Numbered from the stretch's first letter, positions 29,112 through 39,576 are shown. The stretch is DNA of 64,000 nucleotides from a virus (IMGVR_UViG_3300023179_000021:32001-96000), one strand, 5' to 3'. Made by a program: numbers and translations. Notes: generated by a model from the sequence alone, not told the origin.

Positions 29112-29657
29112 ATGGCATTTTCAGTAGCTCAATTTAGATCCCAAATGACTGGTGACGGTGCTCGTCCCAATTTATTTGAGGTTTCTATGCCGTTTCCTAC
29201 CTTTTCTGCACCGGGAAACGCACAAACAAAATTAACATTTATGTGTAAAACTGCACAACTTCCCGGTTCAACCGTTGGAGTTGTGCCTGTTCAATATTTT
29301 GGCCGCGAATTGAAATTTGCTGGTAACAGAACTTTTGCAGATTGGACAATTACAGTCATTAATGATGAAGACTTTATTGTAAGAAATGCGTTTGAACGTT
29401 GGATGAATGGCCTTAACACACATCGTACCAATCTTCGTAATGCTACAGCCTTAGCTCCCTCTAGTTACACTCAAGATGCAGAAGTTTATCAATATGGCAA
29501 AATTGGCAATCGGATTAAAACTTATAGATTTATTGGCATGTTTCCAAATGATATTACGCCAATTGATGTTGATTGGGGTTCGAATGATACTATTGAAGAG
29601 TTTTCGGTAACTCTTGCTTATCAATGGTGGGAAGCGGTACCTACTGGCGTATTTTAA
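29112..29657 (+). CDS. gp19: tail tube protein gp19
   Basis: GARPNLFEV, GRELKFAGNRTFADWTITVINDEDF. Confidence 0.95.
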   Translation: MAFSVAQFRSQMTGDGARPNLFEVSMPFPTFSAPGNAQTKLTFMCKTAQLPGSTVGVVPVQYFGRELKFAGNRTFADWTITVINDEDFIVRNAFERWMNGLNTHRTNLRNATALAPSSYTQDAEVYQYGKIGNRIKTYRFIGMFPNDITPIDVDWGSNDTIEEFSVTLAYQWWEAVPTGVF

Positions 29658-29660
29658 AGT

Positions 29661-29686
29661 GGTGGGCTTTGGCCCATTTACTTCTT
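29661..29686 (+). terminator. hairpin after gp19 (possible terminator)
   Basis: GTGGGC-TTTG-GCCCAT followed by a T-rich tract. Confidence 0.5.
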
Positions 29687-29701
29687 TAGAATGAGAAACC
29701 G

Positions 29702-31342
29702 ATGGCAATAAACCTTTTTGGGTTTACTATAGGTAGAAAAGACGTTGCTCAGGAAGAGAAACCAGAGCAACGTTCTTTTGCACTTCCTATGCCGGCACTT
29801 GACGATGGTGCCATTACAATTACACAAAATGCTTATTACGGCACATATGTTGACCTAGAAGGTTCTGTTCGAAATGAGCTAGAACTGATTACACGCTATC
29901 GTGAAATGGCAAATCACCCTGAACTTGAAGCCGCTATTGATGATATTGTCAATGAAGCTATTACACATGATGAAACTGGTGATGTTGTCACTATTAATTT
30001 GGATAAACTTAAACAACCAGAAACAATTAAGAAAAAAATTATTGAAGAATTTAATAATGTTCAACGTCTTCTTAATTTTGAAAATTTAGCTGATGATTTA
30101 TTTAAACGTTGGTATATTGATGGAAGAATTTATTTTCATATTGTAGTTAACGAAAAAAATCCCAAAGAAGGTATACAAGAACTTCGTTATATTGATCCAA
30201 GAAAAATAAGAAAAGTTCGTGAAGTTGTAAAAGAAAAAGATGCCAAATCTGGTGCTATGGTTATTAAATCTTTAGCGGAATATTATGTTTACAGTGATCG
30301 TGGCAGTACAACACAAACTTACACCGCGGGTATAAATGCCGGTGTTCGTATTGCTGCTGATTCTGTTATTAATGTAAATTCTGGTCTTATGGATGCTAAA
30401 AATACTTTTGTGATTTCATATATTCATAAGGCCATTAAGCCACTTAATCAATTACGAATGATTGAAGATGCAGTAGTGATTTATCGTTTATCTAGAGCAC
30501 CAGAACGTCGTGTTTTTTATATTGATGTTGGTAATTTGCCAAAAGGTAAAGCTGAACAATACCTTCGTGACATCATGATTAAATATCGTAATAAAATGGT
30601 TTATGATGCAAACACTGGTGAACTTCGTGATGATCGTAAACACATGTCAATGCTTGAAGATTTTTGGCTTCCTCGCCGTGAAGGTGGTAAAGGTACAGAA
30701 ATTACTACACTGCCTGCTGGTCAAAACTTAGGTCAAATTGAAGATGTAGATTATTTTCGCAAAAAACTTTTACAATCTTTAAATGTTCCATATTCCCGAA
30801 TGGATCAACAAGGTGGTGGTGGTCTTGCATCTCTTGGACGATCAGCTGAAATCACCCGTGATGAATTGAAGTTTGCTAAATTTGTTAATCGCCTTCGAAA
30901 TAAATTTTCACAAATATTTGATAATGCTTTAAAAATACAACTTTCACTTAAAGGTATTTGTAGTTTAGAAGAGTGGGATGAATTTAAAGAAAGTATCTAT
31001 TACGATTATAAAAAAGATAATAATTTTACTGAACTTCGTGAAGCAGAATTAATGCGTGAAAGAGTTTCAACACTTCAACTTTTAGATCCTTATATTGGTA
31101 AATATTTTTCTCAAACATGGGTTAAAAAAAATGTTCTTCGCATGTCTGATGAAGAAATTGAAGAGATGGCTAAAGAAATGGAAGAAGACGGTTCAACTGA
31201 TATGTTAGCACAGGCTCAACAACCCGAAGGTGGCGATCAAGTTGAACCAGTAGATAACACTGTTGATCGCACGGCTACTGAATCGCCAACACCACAACTT
31301 GATGCTGAAGTTGAGAAATATTCAATAGGTATAAATAGATAA
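29702..31342 (+). CDS. gp20: portal protein gp20
   Basis: WYIDGR, RAPERRVFYIDVGNLPK.KAEQY, EDFWLPRREGGKGTEI. Confidence 0.97.
   Translation: MAINLFGFTIGRKDVAQEEKPEQRSFALPMPALDDGAITITQNAYYGTYVDLEGSVRNELELITRYREMANHPELEAAIDDIVNEAITHDETGDVVTINLDKLKQPETIKKKIIEEFNNVQRLLNFENLADDLFKRWYIDGRIYFHIVVNEKNPKEGIQELRYIDPRKIRKVREVVKEKDAKSGAMVIKSLAEYYVYSDRGSTTQTYTAGINAGVRIAADSVINVNSGLMDAKNTFVISYIHKAIKPLNQLRMIEDAVVIYRLSRAPERRVFYIDVGNLPKGKAEQYLRDIMIKYRNKMVYDANTGELRDDRKHMSMLEDFWLPRREGGKGTEITTLPAGQNLGQIEDVDYFRKKLLQSLNVPYSRMDQQGGGGLASLGRSAEITRDELKFAKFVNRLRNKFSQIFDNALKIQLSLKGICSLEEWDEFKESIYYDYKKDNNFTELREAELMRERVSTLQLLDPYIGKYFSQTWVKKNVLRMSDEEIEEMAKEMEEDGSTDMLAQAQQPEGGDQVEPVDNTVDRTATESPTPQLDAEVEKYSIGINR
31330..31337 (+). 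promoter_or_regulatory. T4 late promoter TATAAATA
   Basis: Exact T4 consensus upstream of the prohead core genes. Confidence 0.7.
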
Positions 31343-31358
31343 TTAATAAAGGTGTAAT

Positions 31359-31550
31359 ATGACAACAAGACAATTTATAGATCAACTTGCTGCTGGCGAA
31401 AGCGCTTTAGCAAAAGAAACTCTTGAAAATATCATTTCAAGTAAGGCTTTTGAAGCGCTTGATGCCTATAAAAAAGAAATAGCTGTAGGCATTTTTGGTG
31501 GGCAATCAGATGAAACCGAAGAAGAAGTTGAAGAACAAGAAATTGAATGA
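31359..31550 (+). CDS. small acidic prohead core protein (gp67-like)
   Basis: Position after the portal gene; acidic C-terminal tail. Confidence 0.55.
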   Translation: MTTRQFIDQLAAGESALAKETLENIISSKAFEALDAYKKEIAVGIFGGQSDETEEEVEEQEIE

Positions 31551-32314
31551 AAAGTTTAACTGAATTTAGGCAAGAACCTCTAACGGAAGAAAAATCAAAT
31601 TATTTAAAGTTTGATATTTTAATTCGTGCTGGTTTAGCTAATAAAGCACAGTTACAAAGAATACATAACATTCTTGATAAAATGCAAGAGGAAAAACCAT
31701 CTTTTAATAACGCCGATAAAATGATTATACAAAATCTTTTTAATAAAATGGCGGATTTGCTTACTTCAAATAAGCAAATTTTTTCACAAGCACGCCGTTC
31801 GGTTAATGAGGGTGTAATTGATACCTCCGATTATAAAGTTTCACCAACAACTGGTAAAAAATATAAAGCTCATCGAATTAATATTTCAAAAACTGGTGAA
31901 GAAGAAAATCTCAAAGAAGAATTAACTAAGTTTGACCCACCTTTTGTTCTTGTATTGAAGCGAAAAGCCATTCGTCTTTATCCTGGCTCTACAAGAATTG
32001 CATTATATTACAGTGATAAATTAAATAAGTATTTTTCTGTACCTTATTCTACCGAAGAAAATCAAAGAGGTGTTGTACAAGCTGAAGATACAATTATGTC
32101 GGTATTAGAATTTGTCAGAGAAAATAAACAACCTCAGACAATTTCATATGGTGAAAATCAAGACATTATAATTGAATATCGAGTAGCTAATGCAATATTA
32201 AAAATTTATGCTTCTTTAAATGACGAAAATAAATTAAAAATTTCTGAGATGATTGAAAAAGGACCTGAGCAATTTAATAAAGTTGCTAGTTTTGCTTTAT
32301 CAAAAATCATATGA
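31547..32314 (+). CDS. hypothetical head-module protein
   Basis: 255-aa ORF between portal and protease. Confidence 0.6.
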   Translation: MKSLTEFRQEPLTEEKSNYLKFDILIRAGLANKAQLQRIHNILDKMQEEKPSFNNADKMIIQNLFNKMADLLTSNKQIFSQARRSVNEGVIDTSDYKVSPTTGKKYKAHRINISKTGEEENLKEELTKFDPPFVLVLKRKAIRLYPGSTRIALYYSDKLNKYFSVPYSTEENQRGVVQAEDTIMSVLEFVRENKQPQTISYGENQDIIIEYRVANAILKIYASLNDENKLKISEMIEKGPEQFNKVASFALSKII

Positions 32315-32748
32315 ATTTTATAGACAAATTAATTGAAAATGATTTAAAAGGTGCTAGAGCACTTTTGTTTTATCGCCTCGATGAAATTGCCAAAGAATAT
32401 TTAAAAAGTTACAAAGAAATTTTAATTACTGATCGCTTTGAAGTATTAGAAGAGGCCGTTCGTAGAAATCCAAACATTGTTCGCATGGGTCGTATACAAA
32501 AAATTCGCCGTAGAATACGAAGAAATGCCAAAGGCAAAATAGTATTACAAAAAAATGTAAAACGTTCTGGTGTTAAAGGATATCGATTATCGGGTAGTAC
32601 ATTAAAAAGAATACCTGCTGCTCAAAGATTACAGAAAGCAAGAAAACTTAGACAATCATGGAAAACAACAAGAAGAGCTCAATTACGAAGAACATTGATG
32701 AAAAGAAAAATGTCTTTGCGTAGACGAGCAGCAATAGGACTAAGATAA
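32311..32748 (+). CDS. highly basic prohead core protein (gp68-like)
   Basis: Arg/Lys-rich C-terminal two thirds; position before gp21. Confidence 0.55.
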   Translation: MNFIDKLIENDLKGARALLFYRLDEIAKEYLKSYKEILITDRFEVLEEAVRRNPNIVRMGRIQKIRRRIRRNAKGKIVLQKNVKRSGVKGYRLSGSTLKRIPAAQRLQKARKLRQSWKTTRRAQLRRTLMKRKMSLRRRAAIGLR

Positions 32749-32749
32749 A

Positions 32750-33100
32750 ATGGCATTTGAAATAACCAACACACAAAGATCCGCATCAATTATTAGAGTC
32801 GTTAATTCTGGCACTGAAACTGTACAGTTAGCTAATTTAGCGTTTAATGCTAATGAAACTGTTTCTTCAGCTAGTATACGAAGGCTGACTTGGTCTACAA
32901 ACGGCAGTATTCAAATTGTAAGAAATTCTGTGCCAATATTGATGTTGCACAATGCGGGAACAATGATGCTTGATGAACTCAATCATTCAATTGCAAATAA
33001 TGATACATCAAGTATCGTAATTACAATTAATACTGGTGGATCAATTGTTATGGAAGTCACAAAAGTGGCATCTTATGCTAACGTACTAACGGAAATGTAA
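32750..33100 (+). CDS. hypothetical virion protein
   Basis: 116-aa beta-rich ORF in the head operon. Confidence 0.55.
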   Translation: MAFEITNTQRSASIIRVVNSGTETVQLANLAFNANETVSSASIRRLTWSTNGSIQIVRNSVPILMLHNAGTMMLDELNHSIANNDTSSIVITINTGGSIVMEVTKVASYANVLTEM

Positions 33101-33101
33101 A

Positions 33102-33752
33102 ATGAAACTAATTAGAGAAACAATTGAAAACGTTAAATGTCTTAGTGAAACTACAGAGAACGGTAAAAAACGTCTGTATATTGAAGGTACATTTTTAGTT
33201 GGCGATAAAGTAAATCGTAACAATCGTATGTACAAAATGGATACACTTCGCCGCGAAGTTGGCCGTTATAATGAAGAATACATTAAAACAAATCGTGCTC
33301 TTGGTGAATTAGGTCATCCAGATACTCCGTCTTTAAATTTAGAACGAGTATCACACAAAATTTTATCTCTTGCAGAGGATGGCAATACATTTTATGGTAG
33401 AGCTTTGATCCTTGAAACTCCTTATGGCCAAATTGTTAAAAACTTTATTGAAAATGATGTCAGTATTGGTGTTTCTTCAAGAGCTTTAGGTTCAGTTGTT
33501 CAAACAAAAGAAGGCTATAATTTAGTACAAGATGATTTAAAATTAGCTACAGCTGCTGACATTGTTGCTGACCCATCTGCACCTGGTGCTTTTGTTCAAG
33601 GCATTATGGAAAATAAAGAGTGGATGTTTATTGATGGTAAATTTGTTGAAGCTAATTTTGATTATTCTAAAAAACAAATTAAACAAGCATCTTCCAAGCA
33701 AATAGAAGAAGTTGCTTTAAAATTATTTGAAAATTACCTACGAAAACTTTAA
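33102..33752 (+). CDS. gp21: prohead protease gp21
   Basis: MKLIRE, NRNNRMY, RALGELGHP, GVSSRALGS, DIVADPSAPGA. Confidence 0.95.
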   Translation: MKLIRETIENVKCLSETTENGKKRLYIEGTFLVGDKVNRNNRMYKMDTLRREVGRYNEEYIKTNRALGELGHPDTPSLNLERVSHKILSLAEDGNTFYGRALILETPYGQIVKNFIENDVSIGVSSRALGSVVQTKEGYNLVQDDLKLATAADIVADPSAPGAFVQGIMENKEWMFIDGKFVEANFDYSKKQIKQASSKQIEEVALKLFENYLRKL

Positions 33753-33756
33753 AATT

Positions 33757-33764
33757 TATAAATA
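33757..33764 (+). promoter_or_regulatory. T4 late promoter TATAAATA
   Basis: Exact consensus upstream of gp22. Confidence 0.75.
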
Positions 33765-33786
33765 GAAAATCACAAGGAGATTCCTA

Positions 33787-34845
33787 ATGGCATCAAGTAA
33801 ATTAATGGAAGCAGCTGCTGATATTCTTGCCGGAAGCAAGTCTAAAGCCACCGCTATGCCACCAGAAAAACTACCGGGCGAAATGGAAGACCTGGGTGGT
33901 CCCACGCCACAAAATTTTAAATCAACAGATGATTCGACGAAAATTTATGCCTCTGCAAAAGCGCCGGATAATTCTGCTAAAAATAAAGCTAGCATTTCTA
34001 CAAAACCATCTGATGCTTCAGCAGACACTCAACTCCGCATGAATAAAGAAGATTCTGAAGAAGATAACGAAGAAATGCTTGATGAAAAATCATACATGAA
34101 TATGATGAAGAAAAAAATGAAAGAAGATGTCGATGCACTTTTTGCCGATGATTCAACAATTTCTGAAGAGTTTAAAGAAAAAGCAGCTATAATTTTTGAA
34201 GCTCGTGTTTTTGATCGTGTCGCACAAATTCAAGAAGAACTTGAAATCGAATATGCATCAGTTCTTGAAGAAGCCGTTGAAGAAATTAAAAATGACTTGA
34301 CCGAGAAGGTCGATGATTATCTTTCCTATGTTGTTGAACAATGGATCGAGCAAAATGAAATTGCTGTTGAATCGGGCCTCCGCGCTGAACTTACCGAAGA
34401 ATTTATCGCTGGTCTTCGTAATTTATTTGCTGAACATTACATTGATGTTCCTACAGAAAAAGTTGACCTCGTTGATGAGCTTGCAAGTAAAGTTGAAGAA
34501 CTTGAAGGCAAACTTAACGAAGAAATTGAACATGGTATTGAATTGAAAAAAGCTTTAATTGAGTCTTATAAACAAGAAGTTACCCATGCTGTTTGCGAGG
34601 GTCTCACCGCTACTCAAGTTGAAAAAATTAAATCACTCGCAGAGAGTGTAGAGTTTTCCACAGAGGAAGAATACAAAGAAAAACTTGAAACAATTCGTGA
34701 GAACTACTTTCCGTCTGGCGTTAAAAAAGCCAATGTTGCACAGCTGCATGAACAAGTAGAAGATGCCGACGAAAAGAAGGCCATAATTACTGACCCATTC
34801 GTTGCTGCAGTCTCACAAGCTATTTCAAAAACTAAGTTACAATAA
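33787..34845 (+). CDS. gp22: prohead scaffold/core protein gp22
   Basis: FKEKAAIIFEA, KVDDYLSYVVEQW..NEIAVESG. Confidence 0.9.
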   Translation: MASSKLMEAAADILAGSKSKATAMPPEKLPGEMEDLGGPTPQNFKSTDDSTKIYASAKAPDNSAKNKASISTKPSDASADTQLRMNKEDSEEDNEEMLDEKSYMNMMKKKMKEDVDALFADDSTISEEFKEKAAIIFEARVFDRVAQIQEELEIEYASVLEEAVEEIKNDLTEKVDDYLSYVVEQWIEQNEIAVESGLRAELTEEFIAGLRNLFAEHYIDVPTEKVDLVDELASKVEELEGKLNEEIEHGIELKKALIESYKQEVTHAVCEGLTATQVEKIKSLAESVEFSTEEEYKEKLETIRENYFPSGVKKANVAQLHEQVEDADEKKAIITDPFVAAVSQAISKTKLQ

Positions 34846-34869
34846 TAATAAAATCAAGGAGATTTTCTA

Positions 34870-36219
34870 ATGTATCTTTCCGAACAACTTCAAACTAAAT
34901 GGGCAGGTGTACTGGATCATCCAGACCTGCCTGCAATTAAAGATCCGTATCGTAAGGCTGTTACTGCTGTTATTCTTGAAAATCAAGCTCAAGAAATGCA
35001 AAAGGCTGCAGGTATGCTTCACGAAGCTGTACCAACAATGTCGGCATCTGCTGGTCTTGGTTCTGGCGGCGCAACCGGTTTTTCAGCAGGCGCTACTGCT
35101 ACAGGCCCAGTTGCTGGTTTCGACCCAATTCTTATTTCGTTGGTTCGTCGTTCGCTTCCAAATTTGATTGCCTATGACATTTGCGGTGTTCAACCAATGA
35201 CTGGTCCCACTGGTCTTATTTTTGCAATGCGCTCACGTTATAGCACACAAACAAGTGGTACAGAAGCTTTCTACGATGAGGCTAACACTGGTTTCTCTGG
35301 TCTTGGCACTGCACAAACAACCCTTGCTATCGGTGCCGCAGCTGCTAACACTTTTGTTGCTAACGGTGCAGGTGTTGCTGCTATGTCAACAGCTCGTGCT
35401 GAAGCTCTCGGTGACGGTTCTAACACTTTCCAAGAAATGGCATTCAGTATCGAGAAAGTTACTGTTACTGCTAAAACTCGCGCTCTCAAGGCAGAATACT
35501 CAATCGAACTCGCACAGGATCTTAAAGCAGTTCATGGTCTTGACGCAGAAACAGAATTGAGCAACATTCTTTCTTCAGAGATTCTTGCTGAAATCAACCG
35601 TGAAGTTATCCGTACAGTTTATGCTGTTGCTAAGACTGGTGCTCAAGTTGGTACTACAACTGCTGGCACATTCAACCTCGACACAGATTCTAACGGCCGC
35701 TGGATGGTTGAAAAAGTTAAGGGTCTTGCCTTTCAAATCGAACGCGAAGCAAATACTATTGCTAAGCAAACTCGTCGCGGTAAGGGTAACATCATGATTT
35801 GTTCTTCAGATGTTGCTTCTGCTCTTGCCATGGCTGGTATTCTTGATTATAACTCAGCACTTCAGTCTCAGGTTAATCTAACAGTTGATGATACCGGCAA
35901 TACTTTTGCAGGTACATTGTTTGGTCGTATCAAAGTTTACATCGATCCATATTTCCCAGCAGGTTCCACTTCAGAATTCGCAGTTGTTGGTTATAAGGGT
36001 TCGAACGCTTATGATGCAGGTATTTTCTACTGCCCATACGTTCCTCTCCAAATGGTTCGTGCTGTAGATACTGGTACATTCCAGCCAAAGATTGGTTTCA
36101 AAACTCGTTACGGTCTTGTTGCTAATCCATTTGCTGAAGGTACGACACAAGGCTCCGGTACTCTTACCAACCTTGCGAATGTGTATTACCGTGCATTTAA
36201 AATTTCGAACCTCATGTAA
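34870..36219 (+). CDS. gp23: major capsid protein gp23
   Basis: GVQPMTGPTGLIFAMR, ELAQDLKAVHGLDAE.EL, FQPKIGFKTRYG. Confidence 0.98.
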   Translation: MYLSEQLQTKWAGVLDHPDLPAIKDPYRKAVTAVILENQAQEMQKAAGMLHEAVPTMSASAGLGSGGATGFSAGATATGPVAGFDPILISLVRRSLPNLIAYDICGVQPMTGPTGLIFAMRSRYSTQTSGTEAFYDEANTGFSGLGTAQTTLAIGAAAANTFVANGAGVAAMSTARAEALGDGSNTFQEMAFSIEKVTVTAKTRALKAEYSIELAQDLKAVHGLDAETELSNILSSEILAEINREVIRTVYAVAKTGAQVGTTTAGTFNLDTDSNGRWMVEKVKGLAFQIEREANTIAKQTRRGKGNIMICSSDVASALAMAGILDYNSALQSQVNLTVDDTGNTFAGTLFGRIKVYIDPYFPAGSTSEFAVVGYKGSNAYDAGIFYCPYVPLQMVRAVDTGTFQPKIGFKTRYGLVANPFAEGTTQGSGTLTNLANVYYRAFKISNLM

Positions 36220-36240
36220 ACCCCATTAAGAGGGTTCTTA

Positions 36241-36269
36241 AAGAGGGACAGAAATGTCCCTCTTTTTTT
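36241..36269 (+). terminator. rho-independent terminator after gp23
   Basis: AAGAGGGACA-GAAA-TGTCCCTCTT plus T-run. Confidence 0.9.
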
Positions 36270-36273
36270 ATGG

Positions 36274-36280
36274 ATAAATA
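36274..36280 (+). promoter_or_regulatory. late promoter ATAAATA
   Basis: Directly after the gp23 terminator, upstream of the gp3-like gene. Confidence 0.55.
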
Positions 36281-36285
36281 TTAAC

Positions 36286-36816
36286 ATGACCGCATTTACT
36301 AGAAATCCAACCAATCCTAATTTTCTTCAGCCCAATAAGTTTATATTAAACTTTACACGGGCACCGGCACTTCGTTATTTTTGTCAAACAGTTACAGTAC
36401 CCGGCATAGCAACAACAGAAATACCACAAACAAATCCATTTGTAGAAATCTATGTACCTGGTGAAAAAGCAGTTTATGATGTTTTAAATATTACATTTAT
36501 GGTTGACGAAAATTTAGAATCATGGCGCGAAATACATGATTGGATTCGTGCGATGACTTTTCCATATTCTTATGCTGAGTATCGTTCATTGGCAAATTTA
36601 AATCCTTATAATCAAAAAGGCCAACCTCAATACTCAGATGCTACACTTACACTTCTTTCTTCGGCAAATAATCCAATACTTGATTTTAAATTTTATGATG
36701 TGTTTCCCATTTCTATTGGCTCTTTTGTCATGTCTTCTACAGATAGCCCAGATAGTATTATTACCTCAGACGCAACATTTCGGTATACTTTATACGATTT
36801 AGTTGTACCAGGATAA
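36286..36816 (+). CDS. gp3: tail completion/tube terminator gp3-like
   Basis: NFLQPNKF, FCQTVTVPG, FMVDENLESW.EIHDW, DATL; T4-like synteny. Confidence 0.75.
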   Translation: MTAFTRNPTNPNFLQPNKFILNFTRAPALRYFCQTVTVPGIATTEIPQTNPFVEIYVPGEKAVYDVLNITFMVDENLESWREIHDWIRAMTFPYSYAEYRSLANLNPYNQKGQPQYSDATLTLLSSANNPILDFKFYDVFPISIGSFVMSSTDSPDSIITSDATFRYTLYDLVVPG

Positions 36817-36831
36817 TTTTTATGATATAAT
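36803..36831 (+). promoter_or_regulatory. sigma70-type promoter for uvsY
   Basis: TTGTAC-17 nt-TATAAT with TGn extension. Confidence 0.6.
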
Positions 36832-36852
36832 CTCCGTATAGGAGGATTTGAA

Positions 36853-37287
36853 ATGAGTAAACTTGATGATTTATTGGCTATGTGGGCAAAAGATACTGAA
36901 ATTGATCGCACCGAACCAGGTAAAGCTCTTTTAGATATTCCCAAACTTCATAGCAAATATCTTAACATACTTTCAAATCATCGTCTATTGATCCGAGACT
37001 GTGAATTTAAATATAACCGAATGAAAAAGATTAAGTGGGAATACTATACTGGTAAATTAGATGAAGATGATTTAAAGAAACATGGATGGGAGCCATTTCC
37101 GTATGTTCTTAAGTCCGACATCACTACATATATGGAAGCCGATGAAGATATGAATCGTTATTTGGCTCAAAAAAGGTTACATGAAGAAATTGTTGAAGTT
37201 TGTAATTCTATACTGAAAGAATTGCACTCTCGCACATATCAGTTAAGAGGTTTTATAGAATATGAAAAGTTTATAAACGGAATATAA
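36853..37287 (+). CDS. uvsY: recombination mediator UvsY
   Basis: W.KD..ID, IPKLHSKYL, EYYTGK, Y.EADED. Confidence 0.9.
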   Translation: MSKLDDLLAMWAKDTEIDRTEPGKALLDIPKLHSKYLNILSNHRLLIRDCEFKYNRMKKIKWEYYTGKLDEDDLKKHGWEPFPYVLKSDITTYMEADEDMNRYLAQKRLHEEIVEVCNSILKELHSRTYQLRGFIEYEKFINGI

Positions 37288-37295
37288 ACAATTAA

Positions 37296-38759
37296 ATGAG
37301 TGATATAACATTACATGTATTAAATGAGGCTTACATAAAAGTTGAATGTGAAAGGCACTATGCTCAAGAATTAAACGAATACTTTTCTTTTCGAGTTCCA
37401 GGGTATCAATTCACGCCGGCTTATAAAAATAAAATTTGGGACGGTTACATAAAACTTTTTTCGTTAAAAGACAATACCATCTATCGAGGCCTTTTACCTT
37501 ATATTGAAAAGTTTGCCAAAGAAAGAAATTATGAAGTAAATATTCATGATAATTTAAATGTCACCGATGAATTGTCATTAAAAGAAACTACTGAATTTAT
37601 ACAGTTACTTAATTTGCCATTAGAGCCTCGTGATTATCAAATAAAGTCTTTTGTACATGCTATAAGAAATCGGCGTATGTTGCTTGTTTCTCCTACGGCT
37701 TCTGGTAAATCACTTATCATTTATCTAATTGTACGGTATTTTCAGAAGATAAATTTAAAACGTGGTCTTTTAATTGTACCAAACATTTCTCTCGTGGCAC
37801 AAATGTATAAAGATTTTGAATCGTACGGTTATGATTCACTAGAGAATTGTCATACCATACACCAAGGGCGTGATAAAGAGGCTAAAAAGTTTCTGTTCAT
37901 TTCTACATGGCAATCTATCTACACACAACCTAAGGAGTATTTTGAACAGTTTGATTTTGTAATTGGCGATGAGGCACATTCATTCAAGGCTAAATCTCTC
38001 ACTACAATTATGACTAGTTGTATCCATTCTAAATACCGTATAGGTTGTACAGGTACATTGGATGGTACACAAACACACCGCCTTGTGCTTGAGGGTTTAT
38101 TTGGGCCGGTATATCAATCAACTTCCACATCCGAATTGATTGAGAAAAAACAATTGGCTGATTTTAAAATAAAGTGTTTGATATTGAAGTATCCTGAAAT
38201 TGTTTGTAAAGAAAGCAGAAAATGGGATTATCAAACCGAAATAGATTACATTGTGTCAAATTCTAAACGTAATGAATTTATTAAAAATTTAGTGCTATCA
38301 TTAAATGGTAATACTCTTGTTTTGTTTCAATTAGTAGAAAGACACGGTAAAATACTACATGACCTTATTCAAAAGCATTCTAGTGATAGGCATGTATTTT
38401 TTGTTTTTGGTGGAACTGACATTGAAGTTCGTGAATTGGTTCGTTCAATTACTGAAAAAGAATCTAATGCTATTATTGTGGCTTCTTATGGCGTTTACAG
38501 CACTGGAGTTAATATACGCAACCTTCATAATATTGTTTTCGCCTCACCATCTAAATCAAGAATTCGTAACCTTCAATCAATAGGCCGCGGTCTTCGTATT
38601 GGTGAAAATAAACAAGAGGCCACTTTGTTTGATATTGTTGATGATTTAAGAACAGGTAAAAATACAAATTATACGCTAAAACATTTTCTTGAAAGAGTAA
38701 AAATATATGATGAAGAAAAGTTTAATTATAAATTTTACAATATAAAGTTAAAAACATGA
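37296..38759 (+). CDS. uvsW: SF2 DNA helicase UvsW
   Basis: PRDYQ, SPTASGKS, GDEAH, LQSIGRGLR. Confidence 0.95.
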   Translation: MSDITLHVLNEAYIKVECERHYAQELNEYFSFRVPGYQFTPAYKNKIWDGYIKLFSLKDNTIYRGLLPYIEKFAKERNYEVNIHDNLNVTDELSLKETTEFIQLLNLPLEPRDYQIKSFVHAIRNRRMLLVSPTASGKSLIIYLIVRYFQKINLKRGLLIVPNISLVAQMYKDFESYGYDSLENCHTIHQGRDKEAKKFLFISTWQSIYTQPKEYFEQFDFVIGDEAHSFKAKSLTTIMTSCIHSKYRIGCTGTLDGTQTHRLVLEGLFGPVYQSTSTSELIEKKQLADFKIKCLILKYPEIVCKESRKWDYQTEIDYIVSNSKRNEFIKNLVLSLNGNTLVLFQLVERHGKILHDLIQKHSSDRHVFFVFGGTDIEVRELVRSITEKESNAIIVASYGVYSTGVNIRNLHNIVFASPSKSRIRNLQSIGRGLRIGENKQEATLFDIVDDLRTGKNTNYTLKHFLERVKIYDEEKFNYKFYNIKLKT

Positions 38760-39175
38760 CCGAACTATTAGAACTTCAAATAAAAATTTTAAGATTAAAT
38801 ACAGGTGAAGACATTGTTGGTTTTTGTTTAATGGATGATGAACATGGTTGTGTAAGTATTGAAAACCCTATGAAAGTTCATATTAAAAGAGCCACACCGC
38901 CACTTGGTCAAACAGCACTTTATATGATGCCTTGGTTGCCATTAGAAATCATTGAAGATAATTTAGCAACTATTAATTATGATGATATAATTACTATTGT
39001 AGATCCAAAAAAATCATTTGTTAAATACTATAATAATGCCGTAGAAGAATATGAAATTCAAAGAAAAATACAAGAAAACGAAGTAGAAGAAAATGAAGAA
39101 AATGATGTTGATGAAGAAACTTTACAAGAAATGTTAGAATCTCTTCGTGAATCTAAAAAGAATCGTCTACATTAA
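38756..39175 (+). CDS. conserved T4-like hypothetical protein (Sm-like fold)
   Basis: LRLNTGEDIV, NPM, PW; usual neighbour of uvsW/gp55. Confidence 0.6.
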   Translation: MTELLELQIKILRLNTGEDIVGFCLMDDEHGCVSIENPMKVHIKRATPPLGQTALYMMPWLPLEIIEDNLATINYDDIITIVDPKKSFVKYYNNAVEEYEIQRKIQENEVEENEENDVDEETLQEMLESLRESKKNRLH

Positions 39176-39576
39176 TGGATTATAGTGAACAAAATTTAAA
39201 ACTGGTATCTTCAGTTATAAAAAATAATTTAACACCAGATTTATTACCTAAAAAATGGGTGCAAAGGAATCAAAGCAACCCTACATTTGGGCATTGTCAT
39301 ACAGCATCAGCTTGCCTTCAAAAGGTCTTTGGTAGTAAAATGATACATCTTTGGAGAGGCCTTGATGATGAAGGTATTTGGCATTGGTGGGCAGTAGATA
39401 TAAATGGTTTAAGAATTGATATTACAGAAGAACAATATACCTCTCAAGGTAGAGTGCCACCTTATGATGTTGGGATGAAGGCCTCAATCTTAGGATTTGA
39501 TTATCGTAAAAGAGTATTGAAGCTTTTGGATAAGGTAACTAAAGAATTATCATCATACGGAACACCGCTAATGTAA
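39175..39576 (+). CDS. hypothetical protein (YunG-like, Cys-His-Asp motif)
   Basis: GHCHTAS, HWW, RIDITEEQY. Confidence 0.5.
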   Translation: MDYSEQNLKLVSSVIKNNLTPDLLPKKWVQRNQSNPTFGHCHTASACLQKVFGSKMIHLWRGLDDEGIWHWWAVDINGLRIDITEEQYTSQGRVPPYDVGMKASILGFDYRKRVLKLLDKVTKELSSYGTPLM

